Source: Schizochytrium sp. TIO01
Taxonomy: Eukaryota; Protista; Bigyra: Labyrinthulomycetes
NCBI GenBank assembly: GCA_004764695.1
Contig: SMSO01000036.1
Span: 2,418,001 to 2,482,000, forward strand
Direction of reading: 5' to 3'
Length of the DNA: 64,000 nucleotides
The notes below the pieces were generated by a model that was given only the letters and a program-made list of their open reading frames with translations, did no database searches and was not told the DNA's origin. Below are positions 1-11,516 of this stretch, piece by piece. The stretch's first letter is position 1. Every line of letters begins with the position of its first letter. The position numbers were made by a program, and so were the translations under genes.

Positions 1-2
1 CC

Positions 3-380
3 GATGGCTCCCTCGACAAATACAGCCTGCACGGCGGCTGCCCTGTTATTGCAGGCACCAAGTACAGCGCTAATGTTTGGATCTGGAACCGCCCCAAGCC
101 TGGTAAGGATCAGGCCAAGGATGGCAAGGCAAAGAATGATGACACTAAAATCGAGATGCAGTTTCACAATGCGCGTAATGAGCCTATTGAGCTCTTCTGG
201 GACAACGGGTCCACAGAGGGCGTCTTTCAAGTTCTCATCGACCCCGGCATGTACTCACCAATGACCACTTATCATGGTCACTCCTTTTTTGCTCGTCCTG
301 TTGGGAGTGCCGAACGCATCTTCTTTTTCACTGCTAGTGACGCCATGAAGAGTAAGGAGTATGTTGCGCAGATCGTGTAA
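3..380 (+). CDS. Prolyl 4-hydroxylase (2OG-Fe(II) dioxygenase) C-terminus followed by a VHL-beta-like domain; 5' partial
   Basis: Frame from nt 3 reads DGSLDKYSLHGGCPVIAGTKYSANVWIWNR (P4H distal His and 2OG-binding Lys motif D..SLHGGCPV..G.K..AN.W). It continues in frame into ORF 156..380 FHNARNEPIELFW...IDPG...TTYHGHSFFAR, stop TAA at 378-380. Confidence 0.85.
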   Translation, partial: DGSLDKYSLHGGCPVIAGTKYSANVWIWNRPKPGKDQAKDGKAKNDDTKIEMQFHNARNEPIELFWDNGSTEGVFQVLIDPGMYSPMTTYHGHSFFARPVGSAERIFFFTASDAMKSKEYVAQIV

Positions 381-3300
381 ATCAAAGGTTGCCTTGTTCC
401 TGTCTCCATTCTTACACATGCCTCCATGGCGTGCATACACAAACATATGCATGCATGCATACATACAAACGACGATATATACTTACCTACTCGCATGCAA
501 ACATCTACTAGGACCTTTGGTTTTCTTTGTCTTCATCATCATTGTTTCCGCTGGTTTGACATGATGTTTTCAACTGTCCACAGTATTCGGCTGTCTGACA
601 ATAAACTTCAAAATAGCTGTTGTGCTCCCTTGGCTAGCCATTTTGAGCCACCATGACAGTTCTTCCTAAAATCGACCATTACTAATATTCTTATTTTGTA
701 TTATACCTAGCTAAGGAAGGCGGCGAGGAAATATGTCAATTCCAACCCACATTACGTTTAGTGGACGGAGCCAGCTTCGATCTATTTGATAGAATTCTGT
801 GGAGGTAAGGCTGCTTCGTTGCCCCTATCATCAGTCCAGATTTTAGATATCAACATTCTCCTAAAAGCGCACTTGCTCGAATAACTTTGTATATCTTGCC
901 TCCTAATTCTATCTTGTGCTCGACTCCTCCTGTTTAACCCTCTATTTCTTTCGAGTATAGAGGCTGAAAAATGAATACGGTCAGCGAGAGGTTCATTATG
1001 GGAAGAGGGCTGAAGAATGCATCATAAATTTTGGCTTTTGGAATGAACATCCGTTATCCACAGAACTGGGTACTAAGGTGGACTCATTTATATAACAATT
1101 TTGGGACTGAGTCATATCTTTTCTGTATCTTATGGTGACGCAAATCTGAAGAGGCTAGGTTATCTAATTCAGTCATCTTTAGATTTCGCCATATTAAGTC
1201 TATTGAAATTGTATGTATGCTGAAAGGTGGTTCTGATTAGCTTGAGGTTGACTGTAAAGATGAAGGCAAGAGGCTTGATGAAGGCTTTAAGAAGGTTGGT
1301 TTACGAGTCAGCAAACTGCTGTCCTGGGAAATGAACTCCAGGACAGATGCATTCATGTAGTAGTTAGGGAGATTAAGACATTCTTGAAAGTAGTTAAAGA
1401 TAATCGATGGGGTTAGGTTAATCCAACTTCTCCGACCATGGATTCAAGCTAAACCATGCCTGGGTGTAGGTAATGTGTATCCACACTTATAGTTCTTGGC
1501 TTCAGCAGTCACGTGAGTCTGGTTGCCTTATTCTTGCTCTATTGTAAACCTTATGTCTACTGGGGTTTTACAAAGGGACACCAAGAACTTTAGCAATGTC
1601 TTGTCCACTAGTTCCTTCGATTGGAGATCTCAGCAATGCATACGTTCAGTTGTTGGAGTTATTGGCTCCACAGTTTCGTATCAGATTGTCTAGTTCTAAT
1701 CCAATTTGTAAACTAATTATCTAGGACTTACATCTAGTAATACCGTGTCCTTATTGGGGCTTTAAGCAGGTATATTCTTTCGTACCTCTCTCTCTCTTAT
1801 ACCAATCTGTCAGTTGTGAAAATATATACTATTAAGAGATCAGATTTAGAGCGTTGAATGGCACTGATGTGTTCAATCTCTTTCTATTTCTCTTTTTCCG
1901 GATCTTGGATGCCACACTGATTTCTCTCAAACACTGTATGTATAATGCGAGGTTATTGTTAAGGTAAAAAATTAATGGAACCTGTGTGTAACTAGGTCAT
2001 TCTCTACATCATCGATTGTGCTTTTGCCTGAATTGCACTCTACTTGAGCGAAGTCAAAATCACGATTGCGTTCACGAGGATATCCAGCTTGAATATAACA
2101 TAGCAGCTCTTGGAGATCCACAGAACTGATAGAGGAAATCACCAAATCGTTCATATTTTGGTCCTGTGAAGTTGAGGTAATACGGGGAACTGAATCATTT
2201 TCCGTAGTAGAGGAATTACGTGTAGAGTGCATGGGAGGCGTTGGCTGAGAGTTAAAGGTAATCTGGTTGGGCAGCCCATGTCCACCCCAGGTAGCATCAA
2301 CTTCATTCTCATGAAGATCAACCCTCCGAACCTTGGCAGAATCCGATTCACTATCTCTGCGAGGTCTCTTATGTCCCATTCCTTCAGAGTTATCACACTG
2401 CTGAAGGATGAAAGTGGGGTGCTTAATTGCAGAAGCTGAGCTGCTATTGCCAATGGAAGGATCCCCGTTACTAATTTCACTAATTTCAGTGACTTTGGAG
2501 TTTTCCTGGTGCATCGTATTTGTATTGAGGATTGAAGAGTGGCTTTTGTTGGACATAAAAAAATAAATTTAATTTTCAAATATAAAGGCGAGAGACCAGA
2601 CGTTCGATTCTGAGGTTGAAATTGTTGGGTTGTTAGCAGAGCACGTGCAAAGGATGTTCTGGATTTGCTTGCCTCTCGACGCCGCCAAATAAATAAATAA
2701 AAAATCGAATGCCTGAGCTATAATATTTTCTTGTTCTCCGGCATTCTATTGCGTTTAGTAACTACTCATATTGAATTCAAACAGGACATAATTTCAAGGT
2801 ATTGATTGATAAAGAGCAGCAAACTATTTACTATTTCTTCAGTTCATGTTTTAAACCAAAACAAAAGAAGAGAAAAACAGGGAAAAAGGAAAGAAAAAGA
2901 ACATCATATTTATTTTTTAAACAAATATATGACTAAACACTTAAACTAATAATTTACAGAATACTTTTCCAGTCGAAAAATTGTCGTAAGGTCTACACGG
3001 ACTCAACCTGAGTCCTTCAAGACCCTCCATGGCTGCCATGCTGGCCAAGCCAATTTCAATCTGGAAATCCCATAGCTCCTCAAGATAAGACATCTGATCA
3101 TGCCGTCAGCATCGAGTTTCAGGTTTGCTTGCCAATTATCCAAACACGGGGGTGCTGCTAGTGCGGGGCTAGAAAACTATCAGGCTCCAAGCCAGGACCT
3201 CGCCTTGCTCTACTCGTCGCAACTTCTTTTGCAATGGAAAGATTCTCCATGAGATTTCCAGAATTCATCAACCCAGCCGACGGATTCTCCCAACTATTCA

Positions 3301-6300
3301 CCTTTTTCTTTGTGTAGTTGTAAAGAAAGAAGAAAGAAAGAAAGAAATTCATTCCAAATGTTTGGTACTAGTAAGTAAGTAATACTGTTGCTATCTACTA
3401 TTATTATTCTCCCACTTTAAATTCTCCCACTTAAAATTATCCCATTGGCGGATTGATTCTCCCATACTAATCCACAATTTTTCTTTGTTCTTAGTTGTAA
3501 AGAAAGAAGAAAGAAAGAAAGAAAAAATCCTTTTTTTAGTTAGTAATACTGTTACTATCTTCTATTATAATTATTATTGTTATTATAATTATTATAATTA
3601 TTACAGATTATATTATTTCTATTTCAAGAGCTAGCTCTACCATAAAATATATAATATATTACAGAAGGAGCTTTCCTAATCAGGTTGACGGTCAGTTTCC
3701 AGGGGAAAATGCGATGAGTATGAGACAAAGTCGGGTTAATTAATTTTGGTCCACGAGGTGCGAGCTGAAAAAAATGAAGAAGAGAAAACCTGTGTTGAAG
3801 AAAGATTGTAATTCTTTCAAACATCTTCTGCGTCGCTAAACTACTCTTGGAATGTGGGAAACCATTACTCAGAGCAATAAAAGTTAGACATTGCAAAAAA
3901 TACTTTATGAATTAAATAATTTCAAAATTCACAACAAACCATAAAATTTTCGGCCTGCCTTTAGAGATAGATGCATTGCACTTCTTACATTCCTCTTTGA
4001 AGCTTCAAAATGCGCTCTTTATCAATTTAGGCTTTTGAAATACACCAATGTAGGGTTTCCAGGTTACGACGAAGCAGTGCAATTTATACAGACCAAGTAG
4101 GGTCTTTTTACATGTTGATCTATTATTCGTCGTTTATATCATAATGTTTGCAGGTTGTTAATAAAATTGCGATTATTCTTAAAGTGACGACATAATGTGG
4201 TCCTGGAGTCCATGAGCAGTAGTGCTGCCTTCTTTGTTCATAGAAGGAAATATACGGCTGCCAAGCCAAGGCTGTGCTTACAGGGTCATTTTTCTGAGTT
4301 TATATTAATACAAAAGCCCTCGACAACAGGCTATGAGGTACTGAAATTTCAATCGCTTTTGGAGTATCTATAACACTATGTGACGATAGCAGTTAAAGGC
4401 ATGTGAAAATTACTGGAATAGCTCAAAGTTAAAGATTCCACAATTTGAGTCAACATGTGTAGCTTATATAAATACGCAACATGTTTGCATATGTTCAAAA
4501 CTGGTAAAATGATTACGGTCATATAAAGACATTGTCCTGTAGTGTTCAAGGTAACGATTGAGCGAAACTTTATAAGGCTTTGGTGGTGCCTTACAAACGT
4601 TGAAAGGAGAACTGGCACTACTGTAAATGCAATAAACAATTATGTATATAACACAGTACTCTATATGTATAATGCTACTTTTGAATATGTATTTATATCT
4701 TACAACTCGAATCGTATTCTGTCACTAGTACTTATGACTATGACAGAGTCTTTTAGGCACTTTAGATATCCATAATTTCAAATTAAAGATTCAATAATAC
4801 TAACAGCCTGGGGCTAGTACACATAGTACACAAGATGGGCTGTTCTTCGTAACTTTGGTTATCAGTATTAGAGTGAATAAATAGTTCAACAGGGTGTATC
4901 AGGAATTATCACAACACAAAGTGCTGTATCGAGGCTGGAGTAATGATCAAGAGCAGTATACATATGGGTGGGTAAGCAACTTCGTAATGTGAACTGGGTA
5001 TTCTAGGGTTTTTGCTCTTGGTTTATTAACTAACTTGTAATCCGTGAATGAAATTCCTTGCACGTCAAAGTTAAACGCTGAAAGTCTTTAATATCACAAA
5101 TGCTTGCAAGATATTCCTAATCTTATGTTTCTTATTGTGTTTTTTTGGTACTCGTATATGTGTTGGGGAATCTGCGGGGTGCAGAGCATTATAATATCTA
5201 TTGAGAAAGAGTTTTTGAGAAGAATGTCTGGAAGGACATGTAAACTCCGACAATACAGTCAGCGTGTCCTTGAAGTACTTCTTGGAAATCTCTCTCTGTC
5301 TTGAGTTTCAAAATAGTAGTAAGCACAAACCCTTCTGTGTCAAACTCTTGTAGATACTCGTAACTAAATCCGCATCATGGACCTTCTATTGTTGAGCTAA
5401 TGGACCTGCGAATTGATTAGTTGTCCCTCCTTCCCATTCGGATGAGACGCAGACTATGCGAGACTTTTTTGTTCGATCCAGACCCACATAGAGCAGGGTC
5501 AGGCTTTGCACCGTGCTGATTTTTACCCATTTCAAACAGTTTGACGAGAGAATCGTAAAAAAATCGATCTTCATCCAATTCAAAACCAATCATCGAATCG
5601 TTGGATGAAATTTTGACTTCTAGGAAGTCCTTGTCAAAAACCGGCTTTTCAACTGATACATGAGAAGGGTGGATGCAAGAACTCTGCTGGCTGAGCCCAA
5701 AGCGCATGGTGCACTTACCAACATCGGACTTGCCGCATATCCACAGATGTGCATGCACTTACTTGTCGATGAGTTTTTTGGCGTCTATGGAACGCAAGGC
5801 TACAATTCTGCAGAAGGGCAAGCGGGACCCTGCAAAAGATATTTTTCAAGCTACGCAGCTTGAACTCAATGTAGAAAACTGGCTCGCATGGCGTCAGGGA
5901 TTACATACTCGTGTGCCATTTTCCCGCGACGTTGAAGTCTGCACAGGTGTGTCTGGGCTAAGTGAGGCCTCCATGACTCGTCGCATTGCTGCCCGGCTCG
6001 GTTTTGGCAAGTACCTGCTAGATGAGGTACAAAAAATGCCAGCAGATACTTTGATGAACTATTACTCTGCGGAATTTTGCAAAGCTTGAGAGCCTGCTTC
6101 TACCTCAACCTATGTATTATCGTTTGACACAAAGGTCTTGGCAGCGCTCGAATATTATAAAAATATAGAGCTTAAGTGAACTCGTCCGGGTTTATAAACC
6201 TCAGATGCCAAGCTATTAGTCTATACTTTTGTACATCATGCATTATTATCTTTTTGTAGCCATGGTATTGCTGGAACTTCCATAGACCAATACTTCCCTC

Positions 6301-8305
6301 GGCGATTATAACCGTTAGACCAAATACCTAAACCATCTTTGTTGTATCTACTTTCTTAATTCACGTACTTTGAATGTTAATCTACTGCAATGGCATCGAT
6401 ATACCTTTTTACTTTTTCGATGAATTACAGAACCTAGTACGTAGGTATCACTCTTAAGAGGTAGCCTCCTTGTTTAATAGTTTGTTATCAATCTATTTGT
6501 TTCTTGTTGTCTTCCGTTTTGAAGTGTTCGTGTTATTTCGTGAAGTCCCATGTTCACAAAGAAGTGAAATTCGAGACAATGACAGGCACGACAAACTGAA
6601 TTGATATTTCCTCGCTCGACACGTTTTTTTTGTTGAACAAATCAGGAAACTAAGTTGGCCTCAAATCGAAATGGGGTTTTAAATCAAAATGAAATGTGTT
6701 AATACAAAAGAGCGACGGAAAAGGACACAATCAAAGTATGTAGGCTCAGTTTCAAAATAACTAAGAACACCATCGTATGAAATTACATTCTACTTTTCAA
6801 ACATATTATATTATATCTGCAACCAGTGCAAATTCTGTATGCTTTTAGATCCTAAAAGTACAATCGAAGAGGTCATAGGAAGCATCACTACCGCAAAGTA
6901 CATCTGACAATCTGCGAGTCAACACGTGCGCTTTAATTTTGCCTCCGTTCCCTTTCTAACCCCTGAATGTCTTGTTTGCTTTCAAAAGTCCCCAAACGTC
7001 ACATGCAAAAGCTATTTTCTTTCTCGTTCCTTTCCTCTATTTTCTGATAATTTCAAAAGATCGTGCTCTGACCATTGCAATGAGGCGCACTTATTTTAGT
7101 CACAAGGATTCATGTTTCGAATCAGTGTGCAATAAACGAGCAAGCGCAAACAACGAAAAGAAAAGTAGGTATATCTCGAACGCCCCTAAATAGTAGGGGT
7201 TCTGTACTTTTCGTCATATTATTATGCTTTTTGCAGAACCGTGCTATAAACACTCTCGGTTCTCTTCTACGAGGTAATTGAAGGCCAACCATCATGACAT
7301 CCAGTCTCAGGCATGTGTGTGGCTAAGCAGAAGTACTATATTATCCCTGGTCAGCTGGAAAAATCAAGTTGGAAAGAAACCTCTGCGTCTCCAGTGCTAA
7401 CGTTTATCAAAGCTGTTGAGTTTTTAGTGATCTCTTTAAATTAAAAGAAATCTGACTCGGTCGCCTTTCTTTTTACCTGAGTCAAACGTGACTCTACTGC
7501 CCGTGAAAGCAGACATTTTCTTTAAACTGAGATTTTATTCATATGGAAGCATTGCGCATACAATCTTGAGACTAGTGCTTCCTCCTCATGCAATATCCTT
7601 TGATTTAAGGTGCTGCCTATAAATTCTTAATGGTTTTCAACCCACGAGTCCATGCCTTGTCTTTTGCAGATTTTAACCTCTTGATTCTCTTTTAGCTAGC
7701 TATCGATGAGAGGCGGAACTGTTAGCAAACTCTATGCCACAGGTGAAAAAAAAGTGATGCCAATCATGATGGCAGAAAATTAGATATTTCGGTACCATGT
7801 TCAATAAAGGGGTAAGGATGATGGACGCAGCTTAGGCCGTAATAGCAGGAGCAGCAGAAAATGCCTGCTATCTTATAATAGCGGACGGTAGTTTGGCAGC
7901 CTCATAAAATTAGCGCTCAATTTGCATTTTAGTACTCGAGTCTACGTGCTCTAGCATATCATGCTGATGAACTCGTTCCATTAAAGCAGTAACGCCAAAA
8001 TTATAATGATTGTGCTGATGTTTGAAGATATCAGACAATGATTTCTTCCAATGACCAGGTCCAAATAAATTTTCAAGACATTTACAAACACATCCACGTT
8101 TGCCGAACGGGCGACAGAGTTTATTACTAAATTTGAGAGTTGCATTGCATAAATGACAGCTCGATCCAATCCAGATGGGCCTGCAGCTCGACCTATGTAA
8201 AGCGATCGCTAGTTTAGTGGTTTGGCCTGGAACCCGTATTGTAGCTCCACAGAGCAAACAGATATCCGTAATTCATACCCGGGATTAAACTTTTTCACTT
8301 CACCA

Positions 8306-8578
8306 ACAGTTACTTCTCATTTGATTGTTACCTTTACTTTGTCTGCTTTGGTGTGGGTAGGTAAACTATATGTAGGTATTAAACATCACGGTATTCGTAT
8401 TTTGGGTGTTCTTTTGCCTGGAGTTATTCCTTTTGCAATGGTGCCTTTTTCCGTAGTTGTTGAACTTTTGAGTTTTTTTATTCCTCTAGCCGCATTGGGT
8501 ATTCGACTTTTTGCAAACATGATGGCTGGTCACATTCTTATGAAAGTTATTATAGGTTTTTGTTGGTCTATGCTACTA
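8306..8578 (+). pseudogene. atp6: Nuclear mitochondrial insertion (NUMT): internal fragment of ATP synthase F0 subunit a
   Basis: Translates TVTSHLIVTFTLS...HG...LLPG.IPFAMVPF.VVVELLSF...LGIRLFANMMAGHILMKV..GFCWSML, containing the atp6 signature RLFANM.AGH. T-rich organellar codon usage; similarity begins and ends abruptly with no atp6 N- or C-terminus. Confidence 0.9.
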
Positions 8579-8833
8579 TCAATCAAACACAGATTTCACT
8601 GTTGAAGGTTCTACAAAGCCTTACTCCAACTATGTAGAACAAACATTATGTTCAAACTTGCATCCAAACGAAAAGAACAAAATTGAACTCATCCTCTGGA
8701 CAAACTGTTCTTACAAGACTTATTCTCAAAAACAAAATTAAGGCGGTTATGAAGGAAGAATATCTCCAAGATCTATTAAAATGCAATCGAAGAATAATCA
8801 AAGCTTGGGCTTATAGGGTGAAGTTTTAGGAAG

Positions 8834-11516
8834 CTACTCTAGCTCAAATTCAGCCCCAACAATATCTGGAGTTAGCAACGGCTCGAGTTTAGCTCTCAGA
8901 ACGCTTGGAAGACTTCTGCCTTGTATATTTTCGCTCCAGTACATACGCAGACGCTCCGCACGAACCACTCGCCACGCCTCATGCACTTGCTCTGGAGAGT
9001 CAGGATAATATAAGTCGACACTACGTCTTCTGCTGCATTTTCTTATATGAGTGTAGCAAGCTTGCTTGTTCTTGGAGCTGTATTCAAGACACCAAGCACA
9101 AAACCGATGCCCGCAGCCACCATTGCCACAGATCACAGCAGAGCATCCCTCAAATTCGTCAAAGCGAGCCTTACAATTTGGACAGCTCGTAATCAAGAGT
9201 TTTTCTTTCATGTGCTGCAAATGCATCTTTGCTTCTAAGCTCAGCCCGCCTTCTTCAAGAATCACTGCCATGCGCTTTTCAATCTCCTCTTCGACCCGAA
9301 CTAAAGCATCGCTTTCCGCTTTCATCTGCGCGATCCGCAAAAGGTGTCTCAGAGCCCTTGGCGCAAGGCGCGCAATATCTTGGCCCATGATTCTTCCATC
9401 GCATTTAACCTCCACGCATTTCATCGTTCCATCGGCACCCACAGTCACAGAGGCTTCTGGGTCCGTAGCAGCTTCTACTGAGCTTGCGATACAGTCTCGG
9501 CAAAGGAAATGTTCTCTCTCGCAGCACGTGCCCTCGGAAAGCGGGATGTCATCCAAGCATACAGGACACCTTACTAAAGGGTCTGCGGCAACCCCGAATG
9601 CCTCAAGCGCTTCAACGGCACTTGGACGATGCTCAGGATTTATCGCTTTGAGAGAGTTTATGAGCGACTGTATTGCAGATGTTCGCTCACGGGGATATAG
9701 CTTCTCTAGGACTACACCCACAGAGTACATATCCATTGCAGTTTCGAACCTGTCTACGGGCCCAGTCTGCAATTCAGGAGCAAGGTACTGTGCCGTCGCC
9801 TGAAGAGATGTGTATGTTGCTGTGGAATCCGCTACTTTCATACCATCGAAATCCCCAAGCAGTGGGGTCTCGATACTCGTGAGGAAGATGTTCTCTGGCT
9901 TGATGTCGCAGTGTACGATGTTCAGAGCATGCATGTCAGCCACCCCAATGAGTAAGCCTGAGGCAAGTCGGTTCCGCGTAGCTTTGTCTGCGTTGGGGTG
10001 TTTTTCAATCCACTCCGCCAAGTTGCCTTGCTCGTAGAAAGGCATCACGATGCATCCGCGTGGTACTTCGTGTACGATACTAACGAAGGCACCGATAATG
10101 CGGATTACATGATGCGAAGCTACCTTGCCTAGATTCGCAACCTGCGTGTAGAATGCCCTAATTTGACTTGGATGCCCGAGTTGAAACTGCTTCAGAACGA
10201 GGCTTCTGCCGGTGCTGTCTAACACCTTTTGTACTGTCTTACCACCCCTTGAAGCCAGAAGCTCTCCAACAGGCTGGAAATCCGAAATTTCTACGTTTGC
10301 TAGCCAGAGATCAGAACAAGCCACCTCAAGGACACCGTCTGCACTTACATGTACCTTTTTGAGCCATGCTTGGTTTTTTAGTAGTTCTGGGTAATGCTCC
10401 TGCGCGTGTTGCAGAGTTTCGGCAAGTTTATGCCGAAATGTTTTGCTCAGCTCGACAGGGCTACCTTCGGAGAGAATAAGCTCTTGTTTTTTGATTCGAC
10501 GCTCGAAGTACGCTTTATCTTCTTCCTCCAGGCCCTTCCCCTCGAGGTCTCTTTTGGCTCTCTTGATAATTTCCGTCGCATCTCGCGACCTGCCAAGTTT
10601 CTCGTATAGCTCTTCAACACAAGAGACATTGGTTTCCTTCGAACTCAAAAGTACATAGTCGTATAACTCCGCAATGTCCTCCGGTGAAAGAGTGATAGGT
10701 TCATCTACCTTGAAGTCTTGCGTTGATTTCTCCAAAGCATCAAATACTGAGCTAATAGCGCACAGTACTTCTGTCACTGTGCCACGAAACGTATCTCCTT
10801 TCAGGTCTTCAAGCTCTTCCTGCAGAGCATTTTGAAGTTCAGAAAGCTCAGGCTTCAGTCTCGTGGCCTTTTCAGGCTCCCTCATAGCAACCCTGAATGC
10901 GTCACCAAGTCCCAACTCACTCACTCGCAAGATGACTTTTTCCACCGCTGCTTCGCTTCGTTGATTAACGTTACTCTGATAACTGCTTTGGCTCGCCTTG
11001 TACTCTTTGACGCACTTGTCAGCCCGACCAAGCAACTCCTGGCAGCCTTTGAAGTCAGCCGCACATGCACGTTCAACCGATGATGTGCCACTTATGCTCA
11101 GACCCTGCAACAAACTGGCAAGCCTTTCCTTAAAGTCACGAACTTGAATCTCATTGCTTTCGTAGAACCCAGTCCGAACCCAAGGGTGCACATTTTGCAC
11201 GAGTGAACGCAGGCGCATTCTTTCATCGTTTCGCTCCGCAATGAGCTGAGATAAACCAGCCGGAGAGCTTTCACGAATCCGGGCTTGGCAAGATTCTAAT
11301 CGTTCTTTGGAGTTCGTGATGTCACTGGAAGTCTGTTTCAACTTCAATTGAACAAAGTGGCCTTGAATGACTGGTCCTGCGAACTCCTCAAACAATGCAA
11401 TCGCGGTCTGCAGGGAGTCCTCTCTAGCCACACCAAGGCCTGCCCGCGTGTGCGAGACTTCCTTGGCGAGTTGGACCACGTCAGCAAAGCTCACCCCACC
11501 CATGTCCGGTGGTTCT
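8834..11516 (-). CDS. Terminal exon: helical region, Ser/Thr protein kinase domain, RING1-like and RING2/Rcat-like zinc fingers
   Basis: Kinase motifs VLKQF, HCDIKPEN, GDFDG, YLAPE, DMYSVG. RING1-like CPVC..CCEREHFLCRDC..CVEVKC. RING2-like CPNC..FEGCSAVIC..CGHRFCAWCL..HIRKC. Confidence 0.9.

Noticed and set aside
8222-8605. 127-aa ORF as a functional nuclear atp6
   Set aside because: TTG start, only an internal fragment is homologous, no targeting peptide; treated as a NUMT.
8834-11503. 889-aa ORF as a stand-alone gene starting MGGVSF
   Set aside because: An in-frame acceptor (CCTCAG) lies 13 nt upstream of the ATG and links by phase-2 introns to the linker and LRR exons; an internal start cannot be excluded but is not needed.
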